Positions 9,798 through 20,158 of a stretch of DNA of 64,000 nt are shown here, in pieces. The stretch covers positions 164,997 through 228,996 of the forward strand of contig CANJUD010000004.1 in assembly GCA_947477885.1 (NCBI GenBank), written 5' to 3'. The stretch is from Bacteroidota bacterium. GTDB taxonomy: Bacteria > Bacteroidota > Bacteroidia > UKL13-3. The notes below the pieces were generated by a model, which worked only from the letters and a program-made list of their open reading frames with translations, did no database searches and was not told the DNA's origin. The position numbers and the translations under genes were made by a program. Positions within the stretch are counted from its first letter, which is position 1. Each line of letters starts with the position of its first letter.

Positions 9798-10625
9798 TTA
9801 GCGTTTCAAAACTATAGTTTTAGAATTTTTTCCAACAGTTACTACTGCTTCATCATCGCAAGTTCCGTTTCCAAAATCAATACTGCGATCTGCTTTACCT
9901 GAAACTGTAAAGGTAATAACACCTTTAGTAACACGAGATTTAAGGCAGCTAAAATCAACTGTAAGCGGTGTTGTGATATTCATAGTATAAGCTATTGCGC
10001 TGCGGTTTGTTCCGCTTGCACTTCCAGTAATTTCATACTTATCGTCGCTCAATATAAAAGGAGTGTTTGAACCTGCTGTCATTTTGCGAGTACGACTTGT
10101 GCTCCAAGTGATGGTACCGCCATTGTTTGCGATAGTAATTTTACCATTTTTAACCTCAATGGTCCATGTTAGTGGTGCTGAACAAGTAACAGTTTTAGTT
10201 ACTTCAATTTTGTTATCATTTACATAGAAATCTTGCGTGGTTATTGTCATTACAGAACCTACAGCATACCATTTACCAGTGTGGGTAATAATGATTTTAC
10301 CTCTGCGGTTTTTACCATCGTTTCCCATGCAATTTGCAGTACCAAAGTCAATAGTAGCCTTTTTAGGATTAGAACCTGAATCAATAGTAACAGTTGCACA
10401 GGATCCAGCTAAGGTTTCTACATCGCCGTTTTTTAATGTCACGTTGCCGTTTGAAACAGCATCATCTCCTAGTTTAAAAATGTCATTTTCGGTTGCATCA
10501 GCCAAAGATTGATCTTCGGTTGTAGTAGTGTCGTTCGCGTCCCAAGTGTCGCGTTTACATGATGTGAATGTGAGGGCAGTAAATGCGGCCACAATGAGGG
10601 TGGTTTTTAAAATGTAGTTTTTCAT
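9798..10625 (-). CDS. lipoprotein, unknown function
   Basis: It has a signal peptide plus lipobox (LTFTSC) and is Thr/Gly-rich. Confidence 0.65.
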   Translation of the reverse strand: MKNYILKTTLIVAAFTALTFTSCKRDTWDANDTTTTEDQSLADATENDIFKLGDDAVSNGNVTLKNGDVETLAGSCATVTIDSGSNPKKATIDFGTANCMGNDGKNRRGKIIITHTGKWYAVGSVMTITTQDFYVNDNKIEVTKTVTCSAPLTWTIEVKNGKITIANNGGTITWSTSRTRKMTAGSNTPFILSDDKYEITGSASGTNRSAIAYTMNITTPLTVDFSCLKSRVTKGVITFTVSGKADRSIDFGNGTCDDEAVVTVGKNSKTIVLKR

Positions 10626-10770
10626 TGGTTTTATCTTTTATGTATGTGTCGTTATGATGGTAATGACAATGATTGGTTTAATTTCGTTGCATTACATGTT
10701 TGCAAATTTAAACTAATCATTTGAAAAATAATATTTTATAATTGTTAAAAAAACTTATGTGACAATTTAT

Positions 10771-12006
10771 TTACAAAATATCCAAGGTATTTCTAATCGA
10801 TTGGGTCTTTAATATACACTCTTCATATTCACTCAACGCATTGGCTTCGTAGGTAATCGCACTACCTGCATGAAATGATAAGTATTTATTTTCACTATTA
10901 TATATGATACTTCGAATAACCACATTAAAATCAAAATCACCTTGGGGTAACACATATCCAAGTGCACCAGAAAAGAATCCTCTTTTGCTGTCTTCATATT
11001 CTTCTATCAATTCCATTGCTTTTATTTTGGGACACCCAGTCATACTTCCCATTGGGAAAGCATTTCTTATTATATCATATAAATTTAATTCTTGTTTTAC
11101 TTCTGCTGTAACAGTAGAAATCATTTGATGAAGTTTTTCAAATGAATATATACCGAAAAGCTCTTCCACTTGCACCGTGCCTGCCTTACTGCTGCGAGCC
11201 AAATCATTGCGCATCAAATCCACAATCATCACATTTTCGCTGCGTTCTTTTTCGTTATTATATAATTGTTTTTTGAATAGTTCATCCTCTTTTTCATCTT
11301 TGCCTCTTATAATAGTTCCTTTGATTGGTTGTGCTATTAGTTTAAAGTTTTCTTTTTTCAAAAATCTTTCTGGACTGGCACAAAGTAATTGAAAATTTTT
11401 GTGAGATAAATAACCAGCAAATGGCGTGGGACTATTAGAATTAAGCCTTTGCCAAGTTTCAAAAGGATTGATATTTATATTTTCTGCATAAAACTCCATA
11501 CAATAATTCAGCTCGTATACATCGCCATCTATTATATGTTGTTTTATCTTTTCGAAATTTTGTATATAGTTTTCTTTACTTGTTCTATCTTGCAAATGTA
11601 TATTTTTCGATTGAATATTAGTAGTATTTGGAGTATTATATAATTGCTTTAATTGAGCTTCATCACCTTTCACAAATTCAAGTATTCCATTGGTTTCAAC
11701 TATCACCACAATAGGTTTAAAGAATACGACATCGGGAAAATTTGTCCCATCATAGTTCTTAGATTCTAGTTTTTCAATTTCATTTTTCAAATCATAACCA
11801 AGGCAGCCCATCCACCAATCACTGTTATATCGTACTTTCAATTGCTCAAATACATCTCCTACTTTACCTATAATAATTTCTTCTGCACCAAATCCTCCTA
11901 ACCATTCATAGGTATGATATCCGCAAGCATTTTGTTTGTGGTTATTGTCGAATATACAAACCGTTTCAATGCCGGGTATGATATGATATAAATCTTCTTT
12001 GGTCAC
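10771..12006 (-). CDS. pabB: aminodeoxychorismate synthase component I (chorismate-binding enzyme)
   Basis: Conserved motifs are IAQPIKGT, VDLMRNDL, FPMGSMTGCPKIKAMELIEEYE and RGFFSGALGY. The start is GTG and overlaps the uvrC stop by 4 nt. Confidence 0.82.
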   Translation of the reverse strand: MTKEDLYHIIPGIETVCIFDNNHKQNACGYHTYEWLGGFGAEEIIIGKVGDVFEQLKVRYNSDWWMGCLGYDLKNEIEKLESKNYDGTNFPDVVFFKPIVVIVETNGILEFVKGDEAQLKQLYNTPNTTNIQSKNIHLQDRTSKENYIQNFEKIKQHIIDGDVYELNYCMEFYAENININPFETWQRLNSNSPTPFAGYLSHKNFQLLCASPERFLKKENFKLIAQPIKGTIIRGKDEKEDELFKKQLYNNEKERSENVMIVDLMRNDLARSSKAGTVQVEELFGIYSFEKLHQMISTVTAEVKQELNLYDIIRNAFPMGSMTGCPKIKAMELIEEYEDSKRGFFSGALGYVLPQGDFDFNVVIRSIIYNSENKYLSFHAGSAITYEANALSEYEECILKTQSIRNTLDIL

Positions 12007-13811
12007 GAGGTTTTTGGATTAAAATATTCATATACCAATTTCGATTTTGATTTCCCTACCAATTCATCTAGCTCATCAATGGCAGCTTCTTTTATTTTTT
12101 TTACGGAGCGAAAATGTTTTAATAATTTCTCCGCTGTGGCCTCTCCTATTCCCTCTATATCTTCTAACTCGGTAGCCAAAGTGCCTTGATTGCGTAGCTT
12201 TCGGTGGAATGTGATACCAAAACGGTGAGCCTCGTCGCGCAACTGTTGTATAGTTTTTAATGTCTCCGATTTTTTGTCAATATATAAAGGTAATTCATCA
12301 CCAGGATAATATAATTCTTCCAATCGTTTGGCAATACCTATGATAGGAATTTTACCATATAAACCTAATTTTTGTAACGCGTCCACTGCCGAGCTAAGCT
12401 GTCCTTTTCCGCCATCAACAATAATCAGTTCGGGTAACGGTAATTTCTCTTCCAACACCCTAGAATAGCGGCGTGTAATCACTTCGTGCATGGTGGCAAA
12501 ATCATCGGGACCGACCACTGTCTTCACTTTATAATGTCTGTATTCTTTTTTTGCGGGCTTGGCATCTATAAAACAAACCATTGCACTCACGGGATAAGCT
12601 CCTTGGAAATTGGAATTATCGAAACAATCGATACGCTTAGGTGGATGTGGCAAACGCAAATCTTTTTGCATTTGTGCCAATATCCTATCGGACCGAACAT
12701 CTGGATTCACTTTTTCGTATTGCGCTAATTTTTCGCGTTTAAAGTATAATACATTTTTCAGCGATAAATCCAATAGTTTTCTTTTATCACCAGCTTTGGG
12801 AACTGTGAATGTTATATTCTTATCTTCTAATTCAATTTCAAATGGCACCACAATTTCTTTTGCTTTATTTCCATAGCGACTGTGTATTTCGGCCATGCCC
12901 ATTTGTAATAGCTCATCTGTACTTTCTTCGATTTTCTTTTTTAGCTCAATAGTTTGTGTTTGCACAATCATACCATTTATCACTCGCAAAAAATTAACAA
13001 AGGCGAAATTTTGTTCTTCTGCAATCGAGAATACATCCAAGTCTGTAATACTTTGGCTTACAATGGTAGAACGACCATGAAAATCTAAGAGTTTATTATA
13101 CTTTAATTTGAGCTGGTGTGCTTCTTCAAATTTATATTCTTTAGAAGCTTCAGCCATTTGTTCTTTCAATATATTTAATACTTCGCTTGCATTTCCTTTC
13201 AGTATTTTACCTATCGACTTAATGGAAAGCATATAGTCATCCTCCGTCTGAAACCCTTCGCAAGGGCCTTTGCAATTACCTATCTGATACTCTAAGCAAA
13301 TTTTAAATTTCTTAGCTTTTATATTTTCTTCAGTCAAATTCAAATTGCAATTTCGCAAAGGATACATAGCTTTCACCAAATCTAAAAGTATATACATCAT
13401 GTCAACCGAGGCATAAGGTCCGAAATAATCAGCACCATCGTTTAACAAGCGGCGTGTTGCGAAAATCTTGGGGAAACGCTCTTTAGTGATCTTAATAAAC
13501 GGGTAGGTTTTGTCATCTTTCAAGCTCACATTGTACCGTGGCTGATGGTGCTTGATTAATATGTTTTCCAACAACAACGCATCATACTCGGTATCAACTA
13601 TCGTAAATTCTATCTTGTGAATTAGTGAAACGAGTCGCTTGGTTTTATTGCTTTCGTAATGCTGTTTGGTAAAATAACTGCTGACGCGTTTTTTTAAATC
13701 TTTGGCTTTACCAATATATAAGAGCTCGCCTTCGGTATCGAAATACTTATAAATCCCAGGCTTATTGGGCAGGGAACGAATGGCATCTTTTAGAAAATCT
13801 TGTGCTGGCAA
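12003..13811 (-). CDS. uvrC: excinuclease ABC subunit C
   Basis: The N-terminal GIY-YIG region (LPNKPGIYKYFDTEGELLYIGKAKDLKKRVSSYF) and the overall length of 602 aa fit UvrC. The start is TTG, and there is no in-frame ATG upstream. Confidence 0.93.
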   Translation of the reverse strand: MPAQDFLKDAIRSLPNKPGIYKYFDTEGELLYIGKAKDLKKRVSSYFTKQHYESNKTKRLVSLIHKIEFTIVDTEYDALLLENILIKHHQPRYNVSLKDDKTYPFIKITKERFPKIFATRRLLNDGADYFGPYASVDMMYILLDLVKAMYPLRNCNLNLTEENIKAKKFKICLEYQIGNCKGPCEGFQTEDDYMLSIKSIGKILKGNASEVLNILKEQMAEASKEYKFEEAHQLKLKYNKLLDFHGRSTIVSQSITDLDVFSIAEEQNFAFVNFLRVINGMIVQTQTIELKKKIEESTDELLQMGMAEIHSRYGNKAKEIVVPFEIELEDKNITFTVPKAGDKRKLLDLSLKNVLYFKREKLAQYEKVNPDVRSDRILAQMQKDLRLPHPPKRIDCFDNSNFQGAYPVSAMVCFIDAKPAKKEYRHYKVKTVVGPDDFATMHEVITRRYSRVLEEKLPLPELIIVDGGKGQLSSAVDALQKLGLYGKIPIIGIAKRLEELYYPGDELPLYIDKKSETLKTIQQLRDEAHRFGITFHRKLRNQGTLATELEDIEGIGEATAEKLLKHFRSVKKIKEAAIDELDELVGKSKSKLVYEYFNPKTS

Positions 13812-13820
13812 GGTGGCAAA

Positions 13821-13858
13821 GATAGTATAAAGTATATAGTATAAGGTATATAGTAAAG
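13821..13858. repeat. heptamer tandem array (TAGTATA/AAGTATA)x5
   Basis: The 7-bp periodicity is read directly from the sequence. It is the reverse complement of the TTATACT family. Confidence 0.65.
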
Positions 13859-13868
13859 GGTGAAATCT

Positions 13869-13950
13869 TTGTCAGTCTGAGTTCATCGAAGACGACACAG
13901 GAGAAGTTTGTCTACCCTTCGATAAACTCAGGATGACAAACTTTTTTTAT
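13869..13950. repeat. imperfect 13-bp inverted repeat plus GTTTGTC/GACAAAC hairpin followed by a T7 run
   Basis: The arms are gagttcatcgaag and cttcgataaactc. GTTTGTC is at 13896-13902 and GACAAAC at 13935-13941, followed by ttttttt. This looks like a plus-strand terminator, although both flanking genes are on the minus strand. Confidence 0.45.
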
Positions 13951-14642
13951 TTTGAATACATCCTATATTCTTTGAAATATTTAACAAGTATTTTCTCCAT
14001 AGATTTATCATGTAGTTGTGCAATTGCTAAACCCAATTCGAAAAATGAACCTTTATATGGAATTACTCTATAAACACGAGCATATTCCTTAAATGATTCA
14101 TACCCATAATGACTTTGTCTTTTTCCTTCAATAGTCCAAAATGCTCCGCGGCATGGTCCTGGTTCATAACTATCACGCATTTCTAAAGACCAAAAGTATG
14201 ATTCTAAAGATTTGATGCGTATTTTTTCCCAATCTGCCAATGTTAGAACTTTTACTATTTCTTTTGTAACGCTATCCTCACCTTCACCGGTCATCTCATC
14301 TTTTCTAACATAATATTTGGTAATAAATGTTACCTTATTATTTGAATCTTTTTCAATTCTAAATAGTACGTGTTCTGATTTGGGGTATTCATGCAAAATA
14401 AACCTAAATGTTTCTATTTTACTTGTTCTTAAATCTGGTTCGTTTAAATGTTTTAACAACCGATCAATTCTTAGGTTAAAAACAGAATCCTCTTTTAAAG
14501 CATTTCTTCTATATTTATCAATTCTTGACTCTTCAGTATTGCTGAATTTACGAATCTCTTGTTTTTCATCTGTATTATTAGTACATGAATTGATTATTAG
14601 AAGTATAACAATATATAAAGACAACAATTTAGCTAATCTCAT
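13947..14642 (-). CDS. lipoprotein, unknown function
   Basis: It has a signal peptide plus lipobox (LLIINSC) and starts at an ATG. Confidence 0.65.
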   Translation of the reverse strand: MRLAKLLSLYIVILLIINSCTNNTDEKQEIRKFSNTEESRIDKYRRNALKEDSVFNLRIDRLLKHLNEPDLRTSKIETFRFILHEYPKSEHVLFRIEKDSNNKVTFITKYYVRKDEMTGEGEDSVTKEIVKVLTLADWEKIRIKSLESYFWSLEMRDSYEPGPCRGAFWTIEGKRQSHYGYESFKEYARVYRVIPYKGSFFELGLAIAQLHDKSMEKILVKYFKEYRMYSK

Positions 14643-14705
14643 ACTTTATACCTTATACTATATACTTTCTACTTTTGTCCTTTGTCTTTCGTCTATTGTC
14701 TTTTA
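14643..14705. repeat. heptamer tandem array, 9 units (ACTTTAT x4 then TCTTTNG x4)
   Basis: It has a strict 7-bp period and fills the gap between the protease stop and the lipoprotein start. Confidence 0.65.
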
Positions 14706-17700
14706 ACCACCCTATTATACTCCACCACACCATCTGCCTCGGTCTTTATGATATAGATTCCGGTATTAAAATCTGCCAATGAAATCTGTGTGGTATTATT
14801 ATAATGTTTGATAAGTTTGCCTTGCAAATCGTATATATCAATTTGCAGCAATGAGATGTTTGTATTGTTTTTGTTGCTGATACGAATGAAGTCTATAGCC
14901 GGATTGGGATCGATGCTGATACGAGAATCGGGAATAGTTTTCCAGTTTACAGATTGTATAATACTATAATTATCTTTATTTAATTCAGATGCATTGATGC
15001 GATAAAAAACAGTATTCATTTCTGAAACATTTCTATCGGTATAATTACGTATTGTATTTTGCAAATTATTCGAATTATCGATTGTAGAAATCGTTTTCCA
15101 ATTTTGCATATCTATGGAACGCTCTATATTATATTCTTGTATCCCCTTGGCATTGGCCACTTGCCAAGTAAGCTGTGCATCACTATTTACTGCTTTTGCA
15201 GTGAAATTAATCCAATCCAAAGGTAAAGGAACACTACCTCCTTGTCCACCCGCATTAATCCAAAACTCAGAGAAACTGGTTACATCAAACTCCAAATAAT
15301 ATCCATTACTAAATGGAACTTTCTTTATATTTTTCGAGGGTATATAATTAAAATATCCAAGGTTATTGGTGATCAAACTATCTTCGTTTTGTCCGTCATA
15401 TTTGGTAACGCCCATATCCTGAATCGTATTGGTACTATCGTCTGCTGAATCCAAACTCATATACTCACTTTCTAATAAATACAAACGTACAGTAACTGCT
15501 GAAGTTGGCTGTGTGGTGGGTTTAATCCACCAATTACGGTTCATGGTTTTTTCGTTTTGATAAACTCGCATGGTGCCTGAGCGAACATATACCCCCACAG
15601 TTGTATTTCCTAAATTTTGACCATTGGGATTTATAGAAACTATTCTATTATTTCCATTTAATACATTCACAAATGAGCTTCCAGAAATACTTGCTGAAGT
15701 TACTTTTGTACTGGTTTGTATACTGGTATCATTACCTCCATATATATGTATATCATCTAACGCTACGCCTACGTAATTGGCACTTACATCGGAACTGAAT
15801 ACAAAGCGAAAACGCACTTGTGTTTTATTTGCCATAGAAGAAGTTGGAATTCTGTTTGATGATAATTTCCAATATAATCTATCTCCATCAAATACATTTG
15901 CTGCATTATTATACCAATTGGTTCCTGTATTTTTTGTTCCTAGTTTCACCCAAGTTGTTCCATTATTTTCACTGTACTCTATATACATATTATCAAAACC
16001 TGACTCGGTTTGAAATTTCTGAATGAAAGAGAAAAACGGGTTTGCTGAGAATCCACTTAAATCGAATGCTGGTGTATATAAATAGGATAATTGATTGTCA
16101 TCATAATTACCAGATAGTTTAGTAGCCCACACTTTACTGCCATTGGCAGCAGTATCTAATATAACTTTTGCCGGCACTCCATAAGCCCAATTACTAGTAT
16201 AACTGTTACCACTTTCTGTCCATAAATATCCATCATTACTTTCAAATCCTTCTGTGTAGGGGAAAGTGCTTACCTTTTTGATATTGCGAATTTGTGTACC
16301 CAATATTGAGTCGTTTGATGGCAATGAATCTCCACTATAATGCGAATACACATCCAAAGTATATAATCCCGGTGTGCTCAAATCTACTGTTTGGCTAAAT
16401 GTAAAAACTGTGCTTGCGGATATACCTAAAGTAGAAAATAAAGTATCTTTTACCCAACTGCCACCATTAATGCGATATGCCAAGGGAATATTAGAAACGG
16501 AGGTAGGCGAATTATTGACCACCGTAACTTTAACTTGCGATGTACTAGAAAGTCCGATACCATTTGTAGGACTTGTAACAGCGGTAATTGCCACATCGCC
16601 AGGTAATTCATATATTGTAATATTATCAATACTCAATCCATCACTATCGCTTGGTTTTACAAAAATCGAATTATCTTCTTGCCCAATTCTTATTTGTGCA
16701 GATGAAGTAATACTTTGTCCGGCACTAATAATTCTATTATATAGATTGATTGCTGAATGTAATTTCCAAACTCCCGCTGTTCCCTTATTTGCCCACCAAT
16801 CATACAATCCCAACCACGAAGAACTATCACTACCACGAACCCAAACACTATCTTTCGAATTTCTTTCCTCACCATGATGCATTAAATAAAACTTAAGTCC
16901 AAGTTTGTTATCGGTTGTAAAATTGCTTAGGTTTAAAGTATATATTAAATAGTTATAATTATTGGTGCCGTTATGTGTGGATTTATCTAATGTAATTGCA
17001 CGACTTCCACTCTGGAAAAGTTCTGGACGCACATTGGTACGCAACCTGCACAAGGGACTGTTATTATCATAATCAATTTGCGGTACTTCTGCTGCCCCAA
17101 AATATGTTCCACTCACAACAGTGTCTCTTGCAGTTTCAAATCCTTCTGTAGAGGGCAATGTGGTAATTGCAGGATTTAATAAATGCCTCACTGTAAAACT
17201 TAAAGTATCATTATATCGATTGTTATCACTGGTTTTTCCTGTCCATATTTTCAAGGTGTAATTCCCCGCTGCACTCAAGTTGGCAGTGGTAGTAAAAGTA
17301 TAATTTGCAGAACTATTTGCTGCAATACTTGGGCTATAAGTTTCGTTCACTGCGGTGCCTCCATTCAATTGATATGATACTGGAAAGCTACCAATTGAAC
17401 TACTACTATAATTGCGAATGGTAACAGTAATACTTTGCGTTGAGCTTAAAGTATTATAACTGCTTTTTCTACCATATGAAGGTGAAACCAAAGTATACAT
17501 ACCCACATCGCTCGTATTACTACAATTGCTCGTACTAACTGTTATTGAGCGGGCTGTAGCACGTTCACTCTTTGCTCCGCTATTGGTTAGTGCCCTCATG
17601 GTAAACCACGCGGTAGCACCACCAGTTTGACCTCCTATTGTAAAAAATGTATCTGTAATTGTTGCTATGGTTTGCCAATCGAAACCTCCCATTGTCATTA

Positions 17701-19942
17701 CCTCATACTTGTTTGCATTGCTAACTGAGGGCCATTTTATGGTAACGGTTTTATCGCAACTGGTAATTGTTCCGCTTGCAAAATTGGGTGTGCCCAATAT
17801 ATTAAATATTGATTTTGAAGTATCGCCCAGTGAGGTTAGCGTGCTATGTCTTACTCTTACCAAAGCTTTGTATGTAGCCACACTTGGCACAGTCCAATCA
17901 TAATAACGTGCTGAATAACTTATTGTGGATGATAAATTATTCCAAGTGGCACCGCTATCTGTCGAATATTCTAGTATAATATTTCCGCTACTAATTCCGT
18001 AGGCATCGAATCGGATTCTCTCACTGGTACTTGGCGAAAACGATTCTGCACCGATAGGATATGTGAGCTTGATAGATTGTGGAACTACCTCGTAAGTTAT
18101 ATAATATGTTTGTGGGCCATAAGGAACTGATGTACCGATTGCTTTTATTGTATAATTGCCACTTGTAGGATTTGAAATAGTGACTTGTTCCATCACATTC
18201 AATGTATCTTTTTTGCGAGTTGCAGTATTGTTCACATTGGCTGCTGCATAATCTAAAACCCAAGGCAAATAAGTAATACTACTTGGATCTATTACTTTCA
18301 AATCCAAATCATTCACCAATGTTTTGGCAGCAAAGGCATTGGCTTCTTTGTCTCTCCAGTGGAGCATTACTTTTAGTTCAGCGGTATTTGAGGGAACACT
18401 TATAATATATGAATCCGAATCGCTAGTATTTAGTGAATCTATACTATATAAATTATTAACCAAACAATCTAAAGCTCTGCGTGCATTAATGCGACCATAT
18501 CCATATTTATAATCAGGCCCTGCATTTCCTCCATCATCAGCGGTATTCATCAACAAAGCTTTTATTAAAGTGCCATCGGGGTTAACATTGCTATGCAAAC
18601 TTTTATATTTTTCATATAATAATGCCATAGTTCCTGTAATGCCCGGTGTAGCCATACTTGTGCCTGACATGGTAGAATATGTATTAGTTGCAACACTAGA
18701 ATTTACATTTACACCCACTGCACAAATCTCCGGTTTAATGCGCCCATCAGCTGCAGGCCCACGTGATGAAAAAGATGCAATCAAATCTGTATCATCAACT
18801 GCACCAACAGTAAAATTATTTTTGGCGGTATTGGGTCCGTAAAAAGAAGTATGAAAACCTAATGCATAACCACTGCATGTAGATGCACCATTATTACCTG
18901 CTGCAAATTGGTTACTCATCATGGGGTAAGCACGCATTTGCTGGTCGTCGCTATTGCTTTCATAATTATAATCCGTACCGCTACAAACATAGCTATAGCC
19001 CCACGAATTGCTGGTAAGCACCATACCATAAGTATTATAACTTGTTGCTGAATTATCGGTATATTCTGGATAATAACCATTAAGCAGTGTAGCTTTTGGA
19101 GCCATGCCTTTAAATAAAGGATTTATGATACCTGCCCCGCCTATGGTTCCTGTTACATGGTTTGAGTGTGCCGATGAACCAAACACACTGGTATTGTTCT
19201 GGCGGTTTTGAAAATCTAAATGCAGCACCCCCATTCCTCCGTCACCAATTCCTATCACAACACCGTTACCTGTTAGTGCACTCAGATTTGTATTTTGCAA
19301 ATAATTATCACGGTGATTATTCACCCCTGGTTTGTTCAAATCTACAGGATCAATACTACGTGCCTCTATATAATGTACAAAAGGCAAAGCTGCCAAAGCA
19401 TTTATTTTACTGGTATCTTGATTAACTATGAGATAACCAATTCCTTCTTTCTCAATAGTACAACCTTGTTTTATTAAATAGTCTTTTTCTAATAATGTGT
19501 TATCATACATCCACAATGCAACACTCACACGGCCACCCATACGTATAATATGCGGGAGGTATACGTGGTTTTGCAGATCGGGATGCAGTTTGATTGCATG
19601 AGCGGGGAAGGTGATAACTCTGGCTCCATTGGATTGTAAAATTTGCAAACCGCCAGCTGTTGGAATTGAAACACAATATGCAGAAGGAGACACAAATGAA
19701 TAAAATCTTACCTGCTGATTTTCCATTTCTTTTTTCAAATTGGTGGACGGCAGGTTCTCAAAAACTACCACAGCAAATATTCGGTCATTATAAGTATTGG
19801 CTTTTACCTCTTCACTTTCATTGGTGAGTTCAGCAATATTGGGATTATAATACGCAGTGCCCTGTTGCCAATAAATGGGCAATTGTTGTGCTTTTGCAAA
19901 CACGGATAGCAATATGGAGCAAGCTAGGTATATGCGTTTCAT
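14693..19942 (-). CDS. S8 subtilisin-family serine peptidase, 1749 aa, with T9SS type-A C-terminal sorting domain
   Basis: It has a signal peptide. The S8 catalytic motifs are present: Asp in VVIGIGDGG, His in HSNHVTGT and Ser in GTSMATPGITG. The C-terminal approximately 80 aa, ...IYDLQGKLIKHYNNTTQISLADFNTGIYIIKTEADGVVEYNRVVKRQ, matches Por_Secre_tail. Confidence 0.88.
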   Translation of the reverse strand: MKRIYLACSILLSVFAKAQQLPIYWQQGTAYYNPNIAELTNESEEVKANTYNDRIFAVVVFENLPSTNLKKEMENQQVRFYSFVSPSAYCVSIPTAGGLQILQSNGARVITFPAHAIKLHPDLQNHVYLPHIIRMGGRVSVALWMYDNTLLEKDYLIKQGCTIEKEGIGYLIVNQDTSKINALAALPFVHYIEARSIDPVDLNKPGVNNHRDNYLQNTNLSALTGNGVVIGIGDGGMGVLHLDFQNRQNNTSVFGSSAHSNHVTGTIGGAGIINPLFKGMAPKATLLNGYYPEYTDNSATSYNTYGMVLTSNSWGYSYVCSGTDYNYESNSDDQQMRAYPMMSNQFAAGNNGASTCSGYALGFHTSFYGPNTAKNNFTVGAVDDTDLIASFSSRGPAADGRIKPEICAVGVNVNSSVATNTYSTMSGTSMATPGITGTMALLYEKYKSLHSNVNPDGTLIKALLMNTADDGGNAGPDYKYGYGRINARRALDCLVNNLYSIDSLNTSDSDSYIISVPSNTAELKVMLHWRDKEANAFAAKTLVNDLDLKVIDPSSITYLPWVLDYAAANVNNTATRKKDTLNVMEQVTISNPTSGNYTIKAIGTSVPYGPQTYYITYEVVPQSIKLTYPIGAESFSPSTSERIRFDAYGISSGNIILEYSTDSGATWNNLSSTISYSARYYDWTVPSVATYKALVRVRHSTLTSLGDTSKSIFNILGTPNFASGTITSCDKTVTIKWPSVSNANKYEVMTMGGFDWQTIATITDTFFTIGGQTGGATAWFTMRALTNSGAKSERATARSITVSTSNCSNTSDVGMYTLVSPSYGRKSSYNTLSSTQSITVTIRNYSSSSIGSFPVSYQLNGGTAVNETYSPSIAANSSANYTFTTTANLSAAGNYTLKIWTGKTSDNNRYNDTLSFTVRHLLNPAITTLPSTEGFETARDTVVSGTYFGAAEVPQIDYDNNSPLCRLRTNVRPELFQSGSRAITLDKSTHNGTNNYNYLIYTLNLSNFTTDNKLGLKFYLMHHGEERNSKDSVWVRGSDSSSWLGLYDWWANKGTAGVWKLHSAINLYNRIISAGQSITSSAQIRIGQEDNSIFVKPSDSDGLSIDNITIYELPGDVAITAVTSPTNGIGLSSTSQVKVTVVNNSPTSVSNIPLAYRINGGSWVKDTLFSTLGISASTVFTFSQTVDLSTPGLYTLDVYSHYSGDSLPSNDSILGTQIRNIKKVSTFPYTEGFESNDGYLWTESGNSYTSNWAYGVPAKVILDTAANGSKVWATKLSGNYDDNQLSYLYTPAFDLSGFSANPFFSFIQKFQTESGFDNMYIEYSENNGTTWVKLGTKNTGTNWYNNAANVFDGDRLYWKLSSNRIPTSSMANKTQVRFRFVFSSDVSANYVGVALDDIHIYGGNDTSIQTSTKVTSASISGSSFVNVLNGNNRIVSINPNGQNLGNTTVGVYVRSGTMRVYQNEKTMNRNWWIKPTTQPTSAVTVRLYLLESEYMSLDSADDSTNTIQDMGVTKYDGQNEDSLITNNLGYFNYIPSKNIKKVPFSNGYYLEFDVTSFSEFWINAGGQGGSVPLPLDWINFTAKAVNSDAQLTWQVANAKGIQEYNIERSIDMQNWKTISTIDNSNNLQNTIRNYTDRNVSEMNTVFYRINASELNKDNYSIIQSVNWKTIPDSRISIDPNPAIDFIRISNKNNTNISLLQIDIYDLQGKLIKHYNNTTQISLADFNTGIYIIKTEADGVVEYNRVVKRQ

Positions 19943-20158
19943 CGGAGTTTACGATAATACAACTCAAAGGTATCATTTCTTTTTTGTAGAAACAAATTTG
20001 GATTGCAGAAATACCTTACATATTTATCCAAGCTTGTGGATTAAGTGATGGCATATGAACACTTTAGCTTAAAGCCTTTGCAGGACGGGATTTTTTTGCA
20101 TCAAAAACTTCAGGGATAACAGGCAACTATTTGCCATTAACTTTGTCATCTAACTAAA

